This document shows positions 24,540-32,000 of a DNA stretch of 32,000 nt, piece by piece. Position 1 is the stretch's first letter, and the number at the start of each line of letters is the position of its first letter. Made by a program: the position numbers and the translations under genes. The notes below the pieces were generated by a model. The model was not told the origin of the DNA. It ran no database searches and saw only the letters and a list, made by a program, of their open reading frames with translations. This DNA is from Pseudoalteromonas tetraodonis (GTDB lineage: Bacteria; Pseudomonadota; Gammaproteobacteria; Enterobacterales; Alteromonadaceae): positions 2,670,001 to 2,702,000 of the forward strand of contig NZ_CP011041.1 of the NCBI RefSeq assembly GCF_002310835.1, read 5' to 3'.

Positions 24540-25925
24540 ATTATTTCCAAGCTTTTTCAATTTTGTCGACAAATTATCGGCCCGAATGCCAGTGCCGAAG
24601 ATGTCGCAATCAGCAGTGAACCGTTGGTGATCCCTCGAGGTGAGCATGGTATTTCTCGCAAACAATTTAGCCCAAATGCAATCAAAGTACTCTATCGCCT
24701 AAAAGATGGTGGCTATGATGCCTACTTAGTTGGTGGTTGCATTCGCGATGTATTGTTAGGTCAACAACCCAAAGATTTTGATGTTGTAACCAATGCAACC
24801 CCTGAGCAAGTTAAAAAACTGTTTCGTAACTGCCGTTTAATTGGCCGCCGCTTTCGTTTAGCGCACATTGTTTTTGGTCGTGAGATTATTGAAGTGGCCA
24901 CCATGCGCGGCCATCACGAAGCACAAGAAGACAAAAATCAAATTAGCCAATCAAGCGAACATGGGCAACTACTTCGCGACAACGTATTTGGCAGCATTGA
25001 AGAAGATGCCGAGCGTCGTGATTTTTCAATCAATGCCTTATATTACTCAATCAATGATTTTTGTATTTATGATTACGCCAATGGTTTAGCGGCCATAAAG
25101 GCAAAACAAATTGAGTTAATTGGCGATCCTGAAACACGCTATCGTGAAGACCCCGTGCGTATGCTTCGTGCAGTGCGCTTTGCTACTAAACTCGATATGC
25201 AAATAGCACCTGCAAGCGAAAAGCCAATAACCGCTTTAGCTAGCTTGCTTGATAACATTCCACCGGCACGTTTGTTTGAAGAAATACTCAAGCTGTTTTT
25301 AAACGGCAAAGCACAACAAAACTTTTTAATGCTGCGCAAATACGGGTTATTTAAATCGTTGTTCCCAGAACTTGACCGAATTTTAGATAAAAACCCTGGC
25401 GGGCTTGAAGAAACCTTCATCAAGCAAATGTTTGCAAACACTGACATTCGCATTAATGCAGAGAAAAAAGTCACCCCTGCGTTTGTATTTGCAGCGTTAC
25501 TGTGGTTTCCATTGGTTGAACGTACTGAAAAAATTCGACGTCAAGAACAACTCTCTGAATACGATGCCTTTGCCCAAGCAATTAATAAAGTACTTAGTGA
25601 GAACGCTCAGCATATTGCAGTACCAAAACGCTTTACGTTAGGCGCCCGTGATATTTGGCATATTCAACAACGTTTAGACAAACGTGCAGGCCAACGTGCC
25701 TATCGCTTAACACAACAGCCTCGTTTTAAAGCCGCTTATGACTTTTTACTACTGCGTGTTGATGCCGGTGAAACTGAGCATACAGAGCTTGCACAGTGGT
25801 GGACACAGTACTTGAGTCAAGATATTAATGGCCAAAAAGAAATGGTGCGAGAGCTAGGTCATCAAGGTGGACCAAAACCACGTAAGCGTCCTCGTCGCCG
25901 CACCACTAAAAAACCAGCTGAGTAA
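24540..25925 (+). CDS. pcnB: Poly(A) polymerase I, with inferred non-canonical AUU start
   Basis: The body is collinear with E. coli PcnB: VIPRGEHGISRK, YLVGGCIRD, KDFDVVTNATPEQVKKLFRNCRLIGRRFRLAH and RYREDPVRMLRAVRF. The ORF track starts at a TTG at 24624, but the frame is open from 24474. Residues from the ATT at 24540 (I-ISKLFQFCRQII) align with the E. coli MFTRVANFCRKVL. The SD TAGGAGA lies 7 nt upstream. Confidence 0.88.
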   Translation: MISKLFQFCRQIIGPNASAEDVAISSEPLVIPRGEHGISRKQFSPNAIKVLYRLKDGGYDAYLVGGCIRDVLLGQQPKDFDVVTNATPEQVKKLFRNCRLIGRRFRLAHIVFGREIIEVATMRGHHEAQEDKNQISQSSEHGQLLRDNVFGSIEEDAERRDFSINALYYSINDFCIYDYANGLAAIKAKQIELIGDPETRYREDPVRMLRAVRFATKLDMQIAPASEKPITALASLLDNIPPARLFEEILKLFLNGKAQQNFLMLRKYGLFKSLFPELDRILDKNPGGLEETFIKQMFANTDIRINAEKKVTPAFVFAALLWFPLVERTEKIRRQEQLSEYDAFAQAINKVLSENAQHIAVPKRFTLGARDIWHIQQRLDKRAGQRAYRLTQQPRFKAAYDFLLLRVDAGETEHTELAQWWTQYLSQDINGQKEMVRELGHQGGPKPRKRPRRRTTKKPAE

Positions 25926-25928
25926 AGA

Positions 25929-26414
25929 ATGCAACGTGTCTATTTAGGCTTAGGTGCCAACCTTAATACACCTAAAAAACAACTTGATGATGCTGTTGTT
26001 GCACTTAAAAACTTGCCTAACAGCGAGTTTATCGCTTGCTCACATTATTATGCGAGCAAGCCTATGGGGCCACAAGATCAACCCGATTACGTGAACGCGG
26101 TTGCCTGTATCAATACCTCGCTACAGCCAGAGCAGTTACTTGATTTAACGCAAGCCATTGAGCTGGAGCATGGTCGAGTCAGAAAAGCTGAGCGTTGGGG
26201 CGCACGCACACTGGATATTGATATTTTATTATTTGGTGAGCAGGTTATAAATACTAAACGTTTAACGGTGCCTCATTACGGGTTAAACGAGAGAGAATTT
26301 GTTGTTTACCCGCTGCAAGAAATTGCACCCGAACTTATTTTACCAAGCGGCGCATCTATCAAACAGATAGCAAATAACCTACCGCTTAACGACTTACAAC
26401 AATTACCGCTGTAA
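25929..26414 (+). CDS. folK: 2-amino-4-hydroxy-6-hydroxymethyldihydropteridine diphosphokinase
   Basis: VYLGLGANL, QPDYVNAV, RWGARTLDIDILLFG and PHYGLNEREFVVYPL. Confidence 0.92.
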   Translation: MQRVYLGLGANLNTPKKQLDDAVVALKNLPNSEFIACSHYYASKPMGPQDQPDYVNAVACINTSLQPEQLLDLTQAIELEHGRVRKAERWGARTLDIDILLFGEQVINTKRLTVPHYGLNEREFVVYPLQEIAPELILPSGASIKQIANNLPLNDLQQLPL

Positions 26415-26444
26415 TTAACTAATGCTTATGTCTGCGAGAATATT

Positions 26445-27239
26445 ATGTCTAAAATAACCGTTTCAACTTTGAATAAAATGAAGGCTGAAAGTAATAAAAT
26501 CACTGCGTTAACAGCTTATGATGCCAGTTTTGCTAAGTTATTTCATGAGAATGGCGTTGAAGTTGTTTTAGTCGGTGATTCTTTGGGAATGGTATTACAA
26601 GGTGGCGATGACACACTCGCTGTGACAAACCAAGAAATTGCGTACCATACTCGCTGTGTTCGCGCTGGAAGCCGTGACCTATTTGTTATTGCCGACCTAC
26701 CGTTTATGACCTATGCAAATCCAAATGATGCGTGTAAAAATGCCGCAGAGTTGATGCGCGCAGGTGCTAATATGATCAAGCTTGAAGGTGGCGAATGGCT
26801 GCATGACAGCATTAAATCACTTACTCAGCAAGGTATTCCGGTGTGTGGGCATTTAGGGCTTACGCCGCAATCTGTGCACGTATTTGGTGGTTTTAAAATT
26901 CAAGGCCGTGAAGAAGCACAAGCACAAAAAATTATTGCCGATGCAAAAGCATTAGAGGCAGCCGGTGCTCAACTACTCGTGCTTGAGTGTATTCCAAGTG
27001 CCTTAGCAAAACGTATTACTGACTCATTAAGCATTCCGACTATAGGGATTGGTGCGGGCAATGTAACCGATGGCCAAATTTTGGTTATGCACGATTTAGT
27101 CGGTATTTCTGCAGGCTACATTCCTAAATTTTCAAAAAACTTTTTACTCGAAACAGGCAACATGCCTGCCGCTGTTAAAAAGTATTGTAACGATGTTAAA
27201 AGCGGCGTTTTTCCAAGCGCTGAACACGAGTTTAAATAA
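26445..27239 (+). CDS. panB: 3-methyl-2-oxobutanoate hydroxymethyltransferase
   Basis: [41 protein letters not shown] and IGIGAG. Confidence 0.95.
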   Translation: MSKITVSTLNKMKAESNKITALTAYDASFAKLFHENGVEVVLVGDSLGMVLQGGDDTLAVTNQEIAYHTRCVRAGSRDLFVIADLPFMTYANPNDACKNAAELMRAGANMIKLEGGEWLHDSIKSLTQQGIPVCGHLGLTPQSVHVFGGFKIQGREEAQAQKIIADAKALEAAGAQLLVLECIPSALAKRITDSLSIPTIGIGAGNVTDGQILVMHDLVGISAGYIPKFSKNFLLETGNMPAAVKKYCNDVKSGVFPSAEHEFK

Positions 27240-28087
27240 TGCAGTCAATCACTGAAATTAAATCATTACGCAGTCAAATAAGAGCTTGGCGCCAAGCGGG
27301 TTTAAGTGTTGCACTAGTACCTACTATGGGTAACCTGCACCGCGGTCACTTTTCGTTGGTAGAAAAAGCAAAAACACTGGCCGACAAAGTCGTTGTTAGT
27401 ATTTTTGTTAACCCGATGCAATTTGGTGCTAACGAAGATCTAGACAATTATCCGCGTACCTTAGATGCCGATAAACAAGGTTTAGCCGATCTTGAAACGG
27501 ATATTTTGTTTATCCCCAGTGTAGAGGCTATTTACCCAAATGGCTTAGGGGTGCAAAGTTTTGTTGATGTACCAGGTATTTCGATGGGCTATTGCGGCGG
27601 CTCACGTCCTGGTCATTTTAAAGGTGTAGCAACAGTTGTCACTAAACTATTTAACTTAGTCCAACCTGATTACGCCTGCTTTGGTGAAAAAGACTTTCAG
27701 CAGCTGCAAGTTGTTAAAACAATGGCCCGTGATTTGTCGATACCAGTAGAAATTATTGGTGTGCCAACGATGCGTGAAGTTAGCGGCCTTGCCATGAGCT
27801 CACGCAATGGGTATTTATCAAGTGATGAAAAGCAAACCGCTACGATTTTATTCAACACTTTAAATCACTGTGCGCAGCAACTAAAAAGCGGAAATAAAGC
27901 GTTTGCTACTCTTGAAGCTGATGCTAAAGCGACTTTAGAAAGCGCAGGGCTAAAACCAGATTATTTTTCGATAGCTCAACGAGATACATTAAAAGCTGCT
28001 ACACTCGAAGATACACGATTTGTTATTTTAGCTGCCGCCTTTTTAGGGAGTGTTAGATTAATCGACAATATACAGGTTGAAGTTTAA
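27239..28087 (+). CDS. panC: Pantoate--beta-alanine ligase
   Basis: [53 protein letters not shown] and MSSRN. TAATG overlap with the panB stop. Confidence 0.95.
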   Translation: MQSITEIKSLRSQIRAWRQAGLSVALVPTMGNLHRGHFSLVEKAKTLADKVVVSIFVNPMQFGANEDLDNYPRTLDADKQGLADLETDILFIPSVEAIYPNGLGVQSFVDVPGISMGYCGGSRPGHFKGVATVVTKLFNLVQPDYACFGEKDFQQLQVVKTMARDLSIPVEIIGVPTMREVSGLAMSSRNGYLSSDEKQTATILFNTLNHCAQQLKSGNKAFATLEADAKATLESAGLKPDYFSIAQRDTLKAATLEDTRFVILAAAFLGSVRLIDNIQVEV

Positions 28088-28117
28088 TACTGGTGTAGCC
28101 TCACTTTAAGGATAAGT

Positions 28118-28357
28118 ATGAAAACTTTTATTAAAACCACTCTAGTGGCTTTTTCTTTTGCAGCATTGGCAGGGTGCCAAAGCCAAGCAGGTAATCCAGC
28201 ACTTAACCAATGCGCTCAGCAAAGTTATCAATGCGAAACCAGCTGTGAACAACAAACAACCACCGACAGCCTTAAGTCACAGGTTTGCTCATCTAAATGC
28301 ATCGAAGCGTATAATCAATGCAAAGTACAAGCTGAAAACTTAAGTAAAGCTGACTAA
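28118..28357 (+). CDS. Small Cys-rich lipoprotein, hypothetical
   Basis: AAGGA SD. Signal peptide plus lipobox AALAGC. Six further cysteines lie in about 60 mature residues (C-x6-C-x3-C ... C-x3-C-x7-C). Confidence 0.5.
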   Translation: MKTFIKTTLVAFSFAALAGCQSQAGNPALNQCAQQSYQCETSCEQQTTTDSLKSQVCSSKCIEAYNQCKVQAENLSKAD

Positions 28358-28382
28358 TATCAATCGGCATAAATTGTAAACC

Positions 28383-28412
28383 AAAAAAAACCGCTCATTT
28401 GAGCGGTTTTTT
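28383..28412. terminator. Bidirectional Rho-independent terminator
   Basis: AAAAAAAACCGCTC / ATTT / GAGCGGTTTTTT between the convergent lipoprotein gene and pstS. Confidence 0.8.
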
Positions 28413-28425
28413 AATTATTAGCGGT

Positions 28426-29394
28426 TTATTTTAAGCCTAACTTTTTCAACTCAACTTCAACTAGCTTTGCAGAAAGTGGCACATAACCATCTTTTTCTAC
28501 AATTTTTTGACCTTCTTGCGAAAGTACCATCTTTAAAAACTCAGCTTCAACTGGGCCAAGTGGCTTATTTGGGTGTTTATTTACATAAACATATAAGAAA
28601 CGTGAAAGTGGGTATTTACCTTGAGCTACGTTTTCAAGCGTGGCATCAACAAAGTTAGTACCTTTTTTAGATAACGGAACAGTACGCACACCCGATGTTT
28701 TATAACCAATACCAGAATAACCAATGGCATTTAGTGATGCTGAAATTGACTGTACAACAGAAGCTGAACCCGGTTGCTCGTTCACGTTATTACGAAAATC
28801 GCCTTTACATAAGGCTTTCTTTTTAAAGTAACCGTAAGTCCCTGATACTGAGTTACGTCCATATAATTGCACGTCTTTTGCAGCCCAATCACCTTCTAGA
28901 CCAACATCACTCCAGCGGTTTACTTGCTCTGGTGCGCCACATTTACGTGTTGATGAGAAAATAGCATCGATTTGGTCAATACGCAGCCCTTCAATTGGGT
29001 TATCTTTATGAACAAATACCGCCAATGCATCAATTGCTACACGTACTTGTGTTGGCTTATAGCCATAGCGCTTTTCAAATGCTTCAATTTCTTTCGACTT
29101 CATAGCACGGCTCATTGGACCTAAATTTGCCGTTCCTTCTGTTAATGCTGGTGGCGCAGTAGACGAACCTGCCGCTTGAATTTGAATATTTACATTTGGG
29201 TAAATACGCTTATATTCTTCAGCCCAAAAGGTCATCATGTTGGCTAACGTATCAGACCCTACCGATGAAAAATTACCTGATACACCGCTAATTTTTTGAT
29301 ACTCAGGCATACCGTCTTCTAATGCTACTGCTTGCGCAGATACAAATGTTGTAACAGCCACACCCATTGCGGCAACTAAGTTTTTAAATTTCAT
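28426..29394 (-). CDS. pstS: PstS-family periplasmic phosphate-binding protein
   Basis: Signal peptide [47 protein letters not shown] and GYSGIGY are typical of the PBP-2 phosphate-binding family. It lies directly downstream of phoBR and has a Pho box upstream. Confidence 0.85.
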   Translation of the reverse strand: MKFKNLVAAMGVAVTTFVSAQAVALEDGMPEYQKISGVSGNFSSVGSDTLANMMTFWAEEYKRIYPNVNIQIQAAGSSTAPPALTEGTANLGPMSRAMKSKEIEAFEKRYGYKPTQVRVAIDALAVFVHKDNPIEGLRIDQIDAIFSSTRKCGAPEQVNRWSDVGLEGDWAAKDVQLYGRNSVSGTYGYFKKKALCKGDFRNNVNEQPGSASVVQSISASLNAIGYSGIGYKTSGVRTVPLSKKGTNFVDATLENVAQGKYPLSRFLYVYVNKHPNKPLGPVEAEFLKMVLSQEGQKIVEKDGYVPLSAKLVEVELKKLGLK

Positions 29395-29453
29395 TTTGGG
29401 GTTCTCCAGTTTGTTCGTCCCATTTCCTAACTGCGGTTCACTCTAAAGTGAGT

Positions 29454-29471
29454 ACATGACAATGGTGTGAC
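29454..29471 (-). promoter_or_regulatory. Pho box upstream of pstS
   Basis: The minus strand reads GTCACACCATTGTCATGT, with GTCAC and GTCAT half-sites spaced 11 bp as in the CTGTCATAWAWCTGTCAY consensus. A possible -10 TAGAGT lies downstream. Confidence 0.5.
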
Positions 29472-29473
29472 TC

Positions 29474-30820
29474 TTAAATGACACTTTTATGACTAGCAGT
29501 ATTACTCGTCACTAATGGCGAAATAGAGATCAGCCTATCGCTTGAAAACGCAAAAGAAAAACAGGAGCCTTTACCCAGTTCACTGTTAATTTTTAATTGG
29601 CTACCATGGCGAGTAAGTACATGTTTAGTAATTGCTAAGCCTAATCCTGAGCCACCTGTGGTGCGGCTTCTGGCTTTATCGACCCGATAAAAACGCTCAG
29701 TTAAGCGATTTATATGCTCTGGTGCAATACCATCACCATTATCGGTAACACTAAAACATGCCTGTTCATTGTTGCGCTGCCAACACACCTCAATTTTACC
29801 ACCTGGCTTAGTATAATGAATGGCATTAAATACTAAGTTTGAAAACGCACTTCTGAGCTCATCCTCAGCACCGGTAATATCAAGTGACGCATCAATATTA
29901 AAAAAAAGTTGATGGCCTTTATCTTGATTTATAGACTGTGCTTCAGTTTCAATCAGTTTTAGCAATTGCGGTACATTTACTGCCTTATCATTACTGTGGC
30001 GTTTTGCGCCTTCAATACGTGATAACGAAAGTAACTGATTCACTAAACTATCCATGCGTTTACATTGCTCTAGCATGGTAGTTTGTGCTTTATTCCACAT
30101 TGCAGGCGGAGGGAGCGAATCACTGTCGAGCATTTCAAGGTAGCCGGTAACAACCGTTAAAGGAGTTCTGAGCTCATGAGACACATTAGCAACAAAGTCT
30201 TTACGCATCTGCTCAAGCTGCTTTAAACGGGTGACATCGCGTACTACCACCAATAACTGAGTGTTAGCATAAGGCATCACCCTAAATTCAAGAACTTGCT
30301 CAACACTGTGACCACTTTCAAGCTCCAGTGCATCACTAAACTCTTTACGGCGCATATATTTAGCAAATTTAGGATCGCGAATGAGGTTATCTAAACGCTG
30401 ACCATGATCAACCGGCCATTGTAACCCTAACACTTTGAGTGCAAGTTGATTACACCACACAATTGATAAATCGTTTTGCAATACAACAACAGCATCAGGC
30501 ACCGCCTCAGCACCGTCACGAAAACGGCGTATCAGCTCTGCCAGCTCGTTACGCTTTTTACGATTACGATGTTGCAGCTGATAGATGCCTTCAAATACTT
30601 GCTCCCACGACCCCTCACCTTCAGGTGGGTTAAAGCTGCGCTGATTATGCAGCCAATCACTTAAACGATAAAGTTGATGGTAATGCCACATAAGTAGCGA
30701 AAAAGCGCCCAAAAACAACATCAAAAATGGGGCACCAATAAGCATCCCAATTAAAAGTAAAGGTATAAAATAGACAAACAGCCGCTTTGTTAGCGCCTGC
30801 TTGTTAATAACTCGATACAT
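29474..30820 (-). CDS. phoR: Phosphate regulon sensor histidine kinase
   Basis: Collinear with remembered E. coli PhoR: GSWEQVFEGIYQLQHRNRKKR, RFRDGAEAVPDAVV, FVANVSHELRTPLTVVTGYLEM, IAPEHINRLTERFYRVDKARSR and GGSGLGLAI. Confidence 0.93.
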   Translation of the reverse strand: MYRVINKQALTKRLFVYFIPLLLIGMLIGAPFLMLFLGAFSLLMWHYHQLYRLSDWLHNQRSFNPPEGEGSWEQVFEGIYQLQHRNRKKRNELAELIRRFRDGAEAVPDAVVVLQNDLSIVWCNQLALKVLGLQWPVDHGQRLDNLIRDPKFAKYMRRKEFSDALELESGHSVEQVLEFRVMPYANTQLLVVVRDVTRLKQLEQMRKDFVANVSHELRTPLTVVTGYLEMLDSDSLPPPAMWNKAQTTMLEQCKRMDSLVNQLLSLSRIEGAKRHSNDKAVNVPQLLKLIETEAQSINQDKGHQLFFNIDASLDITGAEDELRSAFSNLVFNAIHYTKPGGKIEVCWQRNNEQACFSVTDNGDGIAPEHINRLTERFYRVDKARSRTTGGSGLGLAITKHVLTRHGSQLKINSELGKGSCFSFAFSSDRLISISPLVTSNTASHKSVI

Positions 30821-30913
30821 ACACGCTCTTTACCTTATAAACGCTAGCAGACAAGTTGACTGAGCTAGGTTAATAGATTGCTACTTAACTAAGTAAGCTT
30901 AATTGTAAGCACA

Positions 30914-31603
30914 CTATAATTTACTCGAAAAGCGATAACCAGCTCCGCGTACCGTTTGTACTAAGCGGTCGTGTCCAAGCGTAGCAATCGCTTTACGCAA
31001 GCGACGAATATGAACATCTACTGTTCTGTCTTCAACATACACATTCGTGCCCCATACATGATCAAGCAGTTGCTCACGGCTGTAAACCCGCTCTGGATGG
31101 GTCATAAAAAAGTGTAATAGTCTAAATTCGGTTGGCCCCATATCAAGCTCACTGCCCCCTGAGGTAACACGATGCGAAATAGGGTCCAAGCGCAGGCCGT
31201 GCACTTCAATTGCTTCTTCTAAAGAGGTAGGTGCTACTCGGCGAATAACCGCTTTGATACGCGCCATTAACTCTTTAGGTGAAAACGGCTTAGTAACGTA
31301 ATCATCAGCACCGACTTCTAAACCGCGTATTTTGTCTTCTTCTTCGCCGCGAGCAGTCAGCATAATGATAGGGATTTGGCGTGTGTGTTCATTTTGTTTG
31401 AATTTTTTAGCGATTTGAATTCCACTACCACCAGGTAGCATCCAATCGAGTAACACCATATCTGGATAAGGTTCGACCATTGCGGCTATTGCAGAATCAT
31501 AATCTTCTGCCTCAATGGCTTGAAAGCCATTTTGTTCTAAAACAAAAACCAACATTTCCCTGATAGGTGCTTCGTCATCAACGACTAATACTTTACGTGA
31601 CAT
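30914..31603 (-). CDS. phoB: Phosphate regulon response regulator
   Basis: [84 protein letters not shown] and VRGAGYRF. Confidence 0.96.
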   Translation of the reverse strand: MSRKVLVVDDEAPIREMLVFVLEQNGFQAIEAEDYDSAIAAMVEPYPDMVLLDWMLPGGSGIQIAKKFKQNEHTRQIPIIMLTARGEEEDKIRGLEVGADDYVTKPFSPKELMARIKAVIRRVAPTSLEEAIEVHGLRLDPISHRVTSGGSELDMGPTEFRLLHFFMTHPERVYSREQLLDHVWGTNVYVEDRTVDVHIRRLRKAIATLGHDRLVQTVRGAGYRFSSKL

Positions 31604-31642
31604 TCCAATTTATCTCTTAGGCTATTGAGTAGGTTTCATTAT

Positions 31643-31660
31643 TATGACTAAGTATGACAT
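31643..31660 (-). promoter_or_regulatory. Pho-box-like direct repeat upstream of phoB
   Basis: The minus strand reads ATGTCATACTTAGTCATA. The two GTCAT repeats are spaced 10 bp rather than the canonical 11. It lies 40-57 nt upstream of the phoB ATG. Confidence 0.4.
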
Positions 31661-31825
31661 TTTTATTAAAGTGTAACGTCTAAATTAAAATGAGACTAAA
31701 AAAAACACAAAATAGTAACAAAAAATTGAATATGTCATATTTTTACCATCTTGAGCAGTAAATAAAAAAGTGGTTTGCAGTAAAGTGAGTCGTTATTAAA
31801 GGCACTATTTATGATATTAACTTGG

Positions 31826-31954
31826 GATCATCAAATTACTAACTAGCAGCTATTTTTAGGCTTAATAATAAAAGTCGGCACCTATTTAGATCAGGTTTAT
31901 TATGATCTTAAATACAAGGATCAGAGTTTTATCAAGCAGATCCCTTTTCGGATC
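31826..31954. other. GATC-dense AT-rich segment (six Dam-type sites in 129 bp), cut by the window end
   Basis: GATC starts at 31826, 31889, 31904, 31919, 31939 and 31951. Three consecutive sites are spaced exactly 15 bp, and each leads an AT-rich 13-mer (GATCAGGTTTATT, GATCTTAAATACA, GATCAGAGTTTTA). Confidence 0.6.
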
Positions 31955-32000
31955 ACTATTTTACCCACTAACAAAGCTAAACCAATGATTTACTGTGTGA

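Noticed and set aside
24868-25641. Short ORFs on both strands inside pcnB (24868..25089, 25139..25474, 25405..25641)
   Set aside because: They are embedded in a gene whose frame aligns end to end with E. coli PcnB. They are out-of-frame or antisense artefacts.
30821-30913. 93-nt phoB-phoR spacer as a possible hidden small gene or terminator
   Set aside because: I found no ORF with an SD and no stable hairpin with a T-run. There is only a short imperfect palindrome (ACTTA-AC-TAAGT). I kept it as a note under the Pho finding rather than as a feature.
31732-31749. Plus-strand Pho-box-like sequence ATGTCATATTTTTACCAT upstream of the GATC cluster
   Set aside because: Only the first half-site resembles CTGTCAT, and the second (TTACCAT) is weak. 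No downstream gene is visible in the window to give it context.
1-32000. Scan for CRISPR arrays, tRNA/rRNA genes, IS elements, integrases, toxin-antitoxin pairs and known defence genes
   Set aside because: I recognised none. There are no regularly spaced direct repeats, no cloverleaf-like or rRNA-like segments, and no transposase, integrase or nuclease-type ORFs. Every long ORF has a housekeeping, regulatory or conserved-hypothetical assignment.

Overview
This window looks like a chromosomal core region of an AT-rich marine gammaproteobacterium. Gene content and protein sequences suggest Pseudoalteromonas or another Alteromonadales member, but that is inference with no database check. I support about 35 protein-coding genes. 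I found no rRNA, tRNA, CRISPR array, transposase or integrase.

Gene order, left to right:
- **Sortase locus (1-4482):** the right half of a proteobacterial dedicated sortase locus. It holds a VIT-domain target protein (partial), an OmpA-family pdsO, and the response regulator and histidine kinase pair pdsR and pdsS.
- **4615-8076:** an orphan 51-aa ORF, cca, a small membrane protein, mltC and a DUF1543-like protein.
- **glrK-qseG-glrR (8101-11442):** a clear ortholog set of the E. coli QseE/G/F sigma-54 two-component module.
- **EF-hand genes (11739-12850):** four tandem small secreted two-EF-hand proteins, transcribed divergently from glrK.
- **13059-19025:** a secreted amidohydrolase, a small membrane protein, a Crp/Fnr-like regulator, a phosphoribosyltransferase, pepB and sfsA.
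- **Two-gene insert (19068-22745):** a penicillin/AHL-acylase-family lipoprotein and an AraC regulator.
- **Conserved block (22968-28087):** dksA-gluQ-pcnB-folK-panB-panC, followed by a Cys-rich lipoprotein.
- **Pho genes (28426-31603):** pstS-phoR-phoB on the minus strand.
- **Window end (31826-31954):** a GATC-dense AT-rich segment.

Most interesting observations:
1. The EF-hand operon is preceded by a perfect GlrR-type TGTC-N10-GACA site, an IHF-like site and a near-consensus sigma-54 -24/-12 element. This suggests an undescribed GlrKR/sigma-54 output made of periplasmic calcium-binding proteins.
2. Six same-strand TGGCA(A) repeats, partly phased with the DNA helix, lie in the pdsO/pdsR divergent region. 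They are candidate operators for the sortase system.
3. pcnB can only encode its conserved N-terminus from an AUU start codon.
4. The acylase-AraC pair interrupts the sfsA-dksA synteny known from E. coli.
5. The GATC cluster at the window end resembles the unwinding element of oriC.
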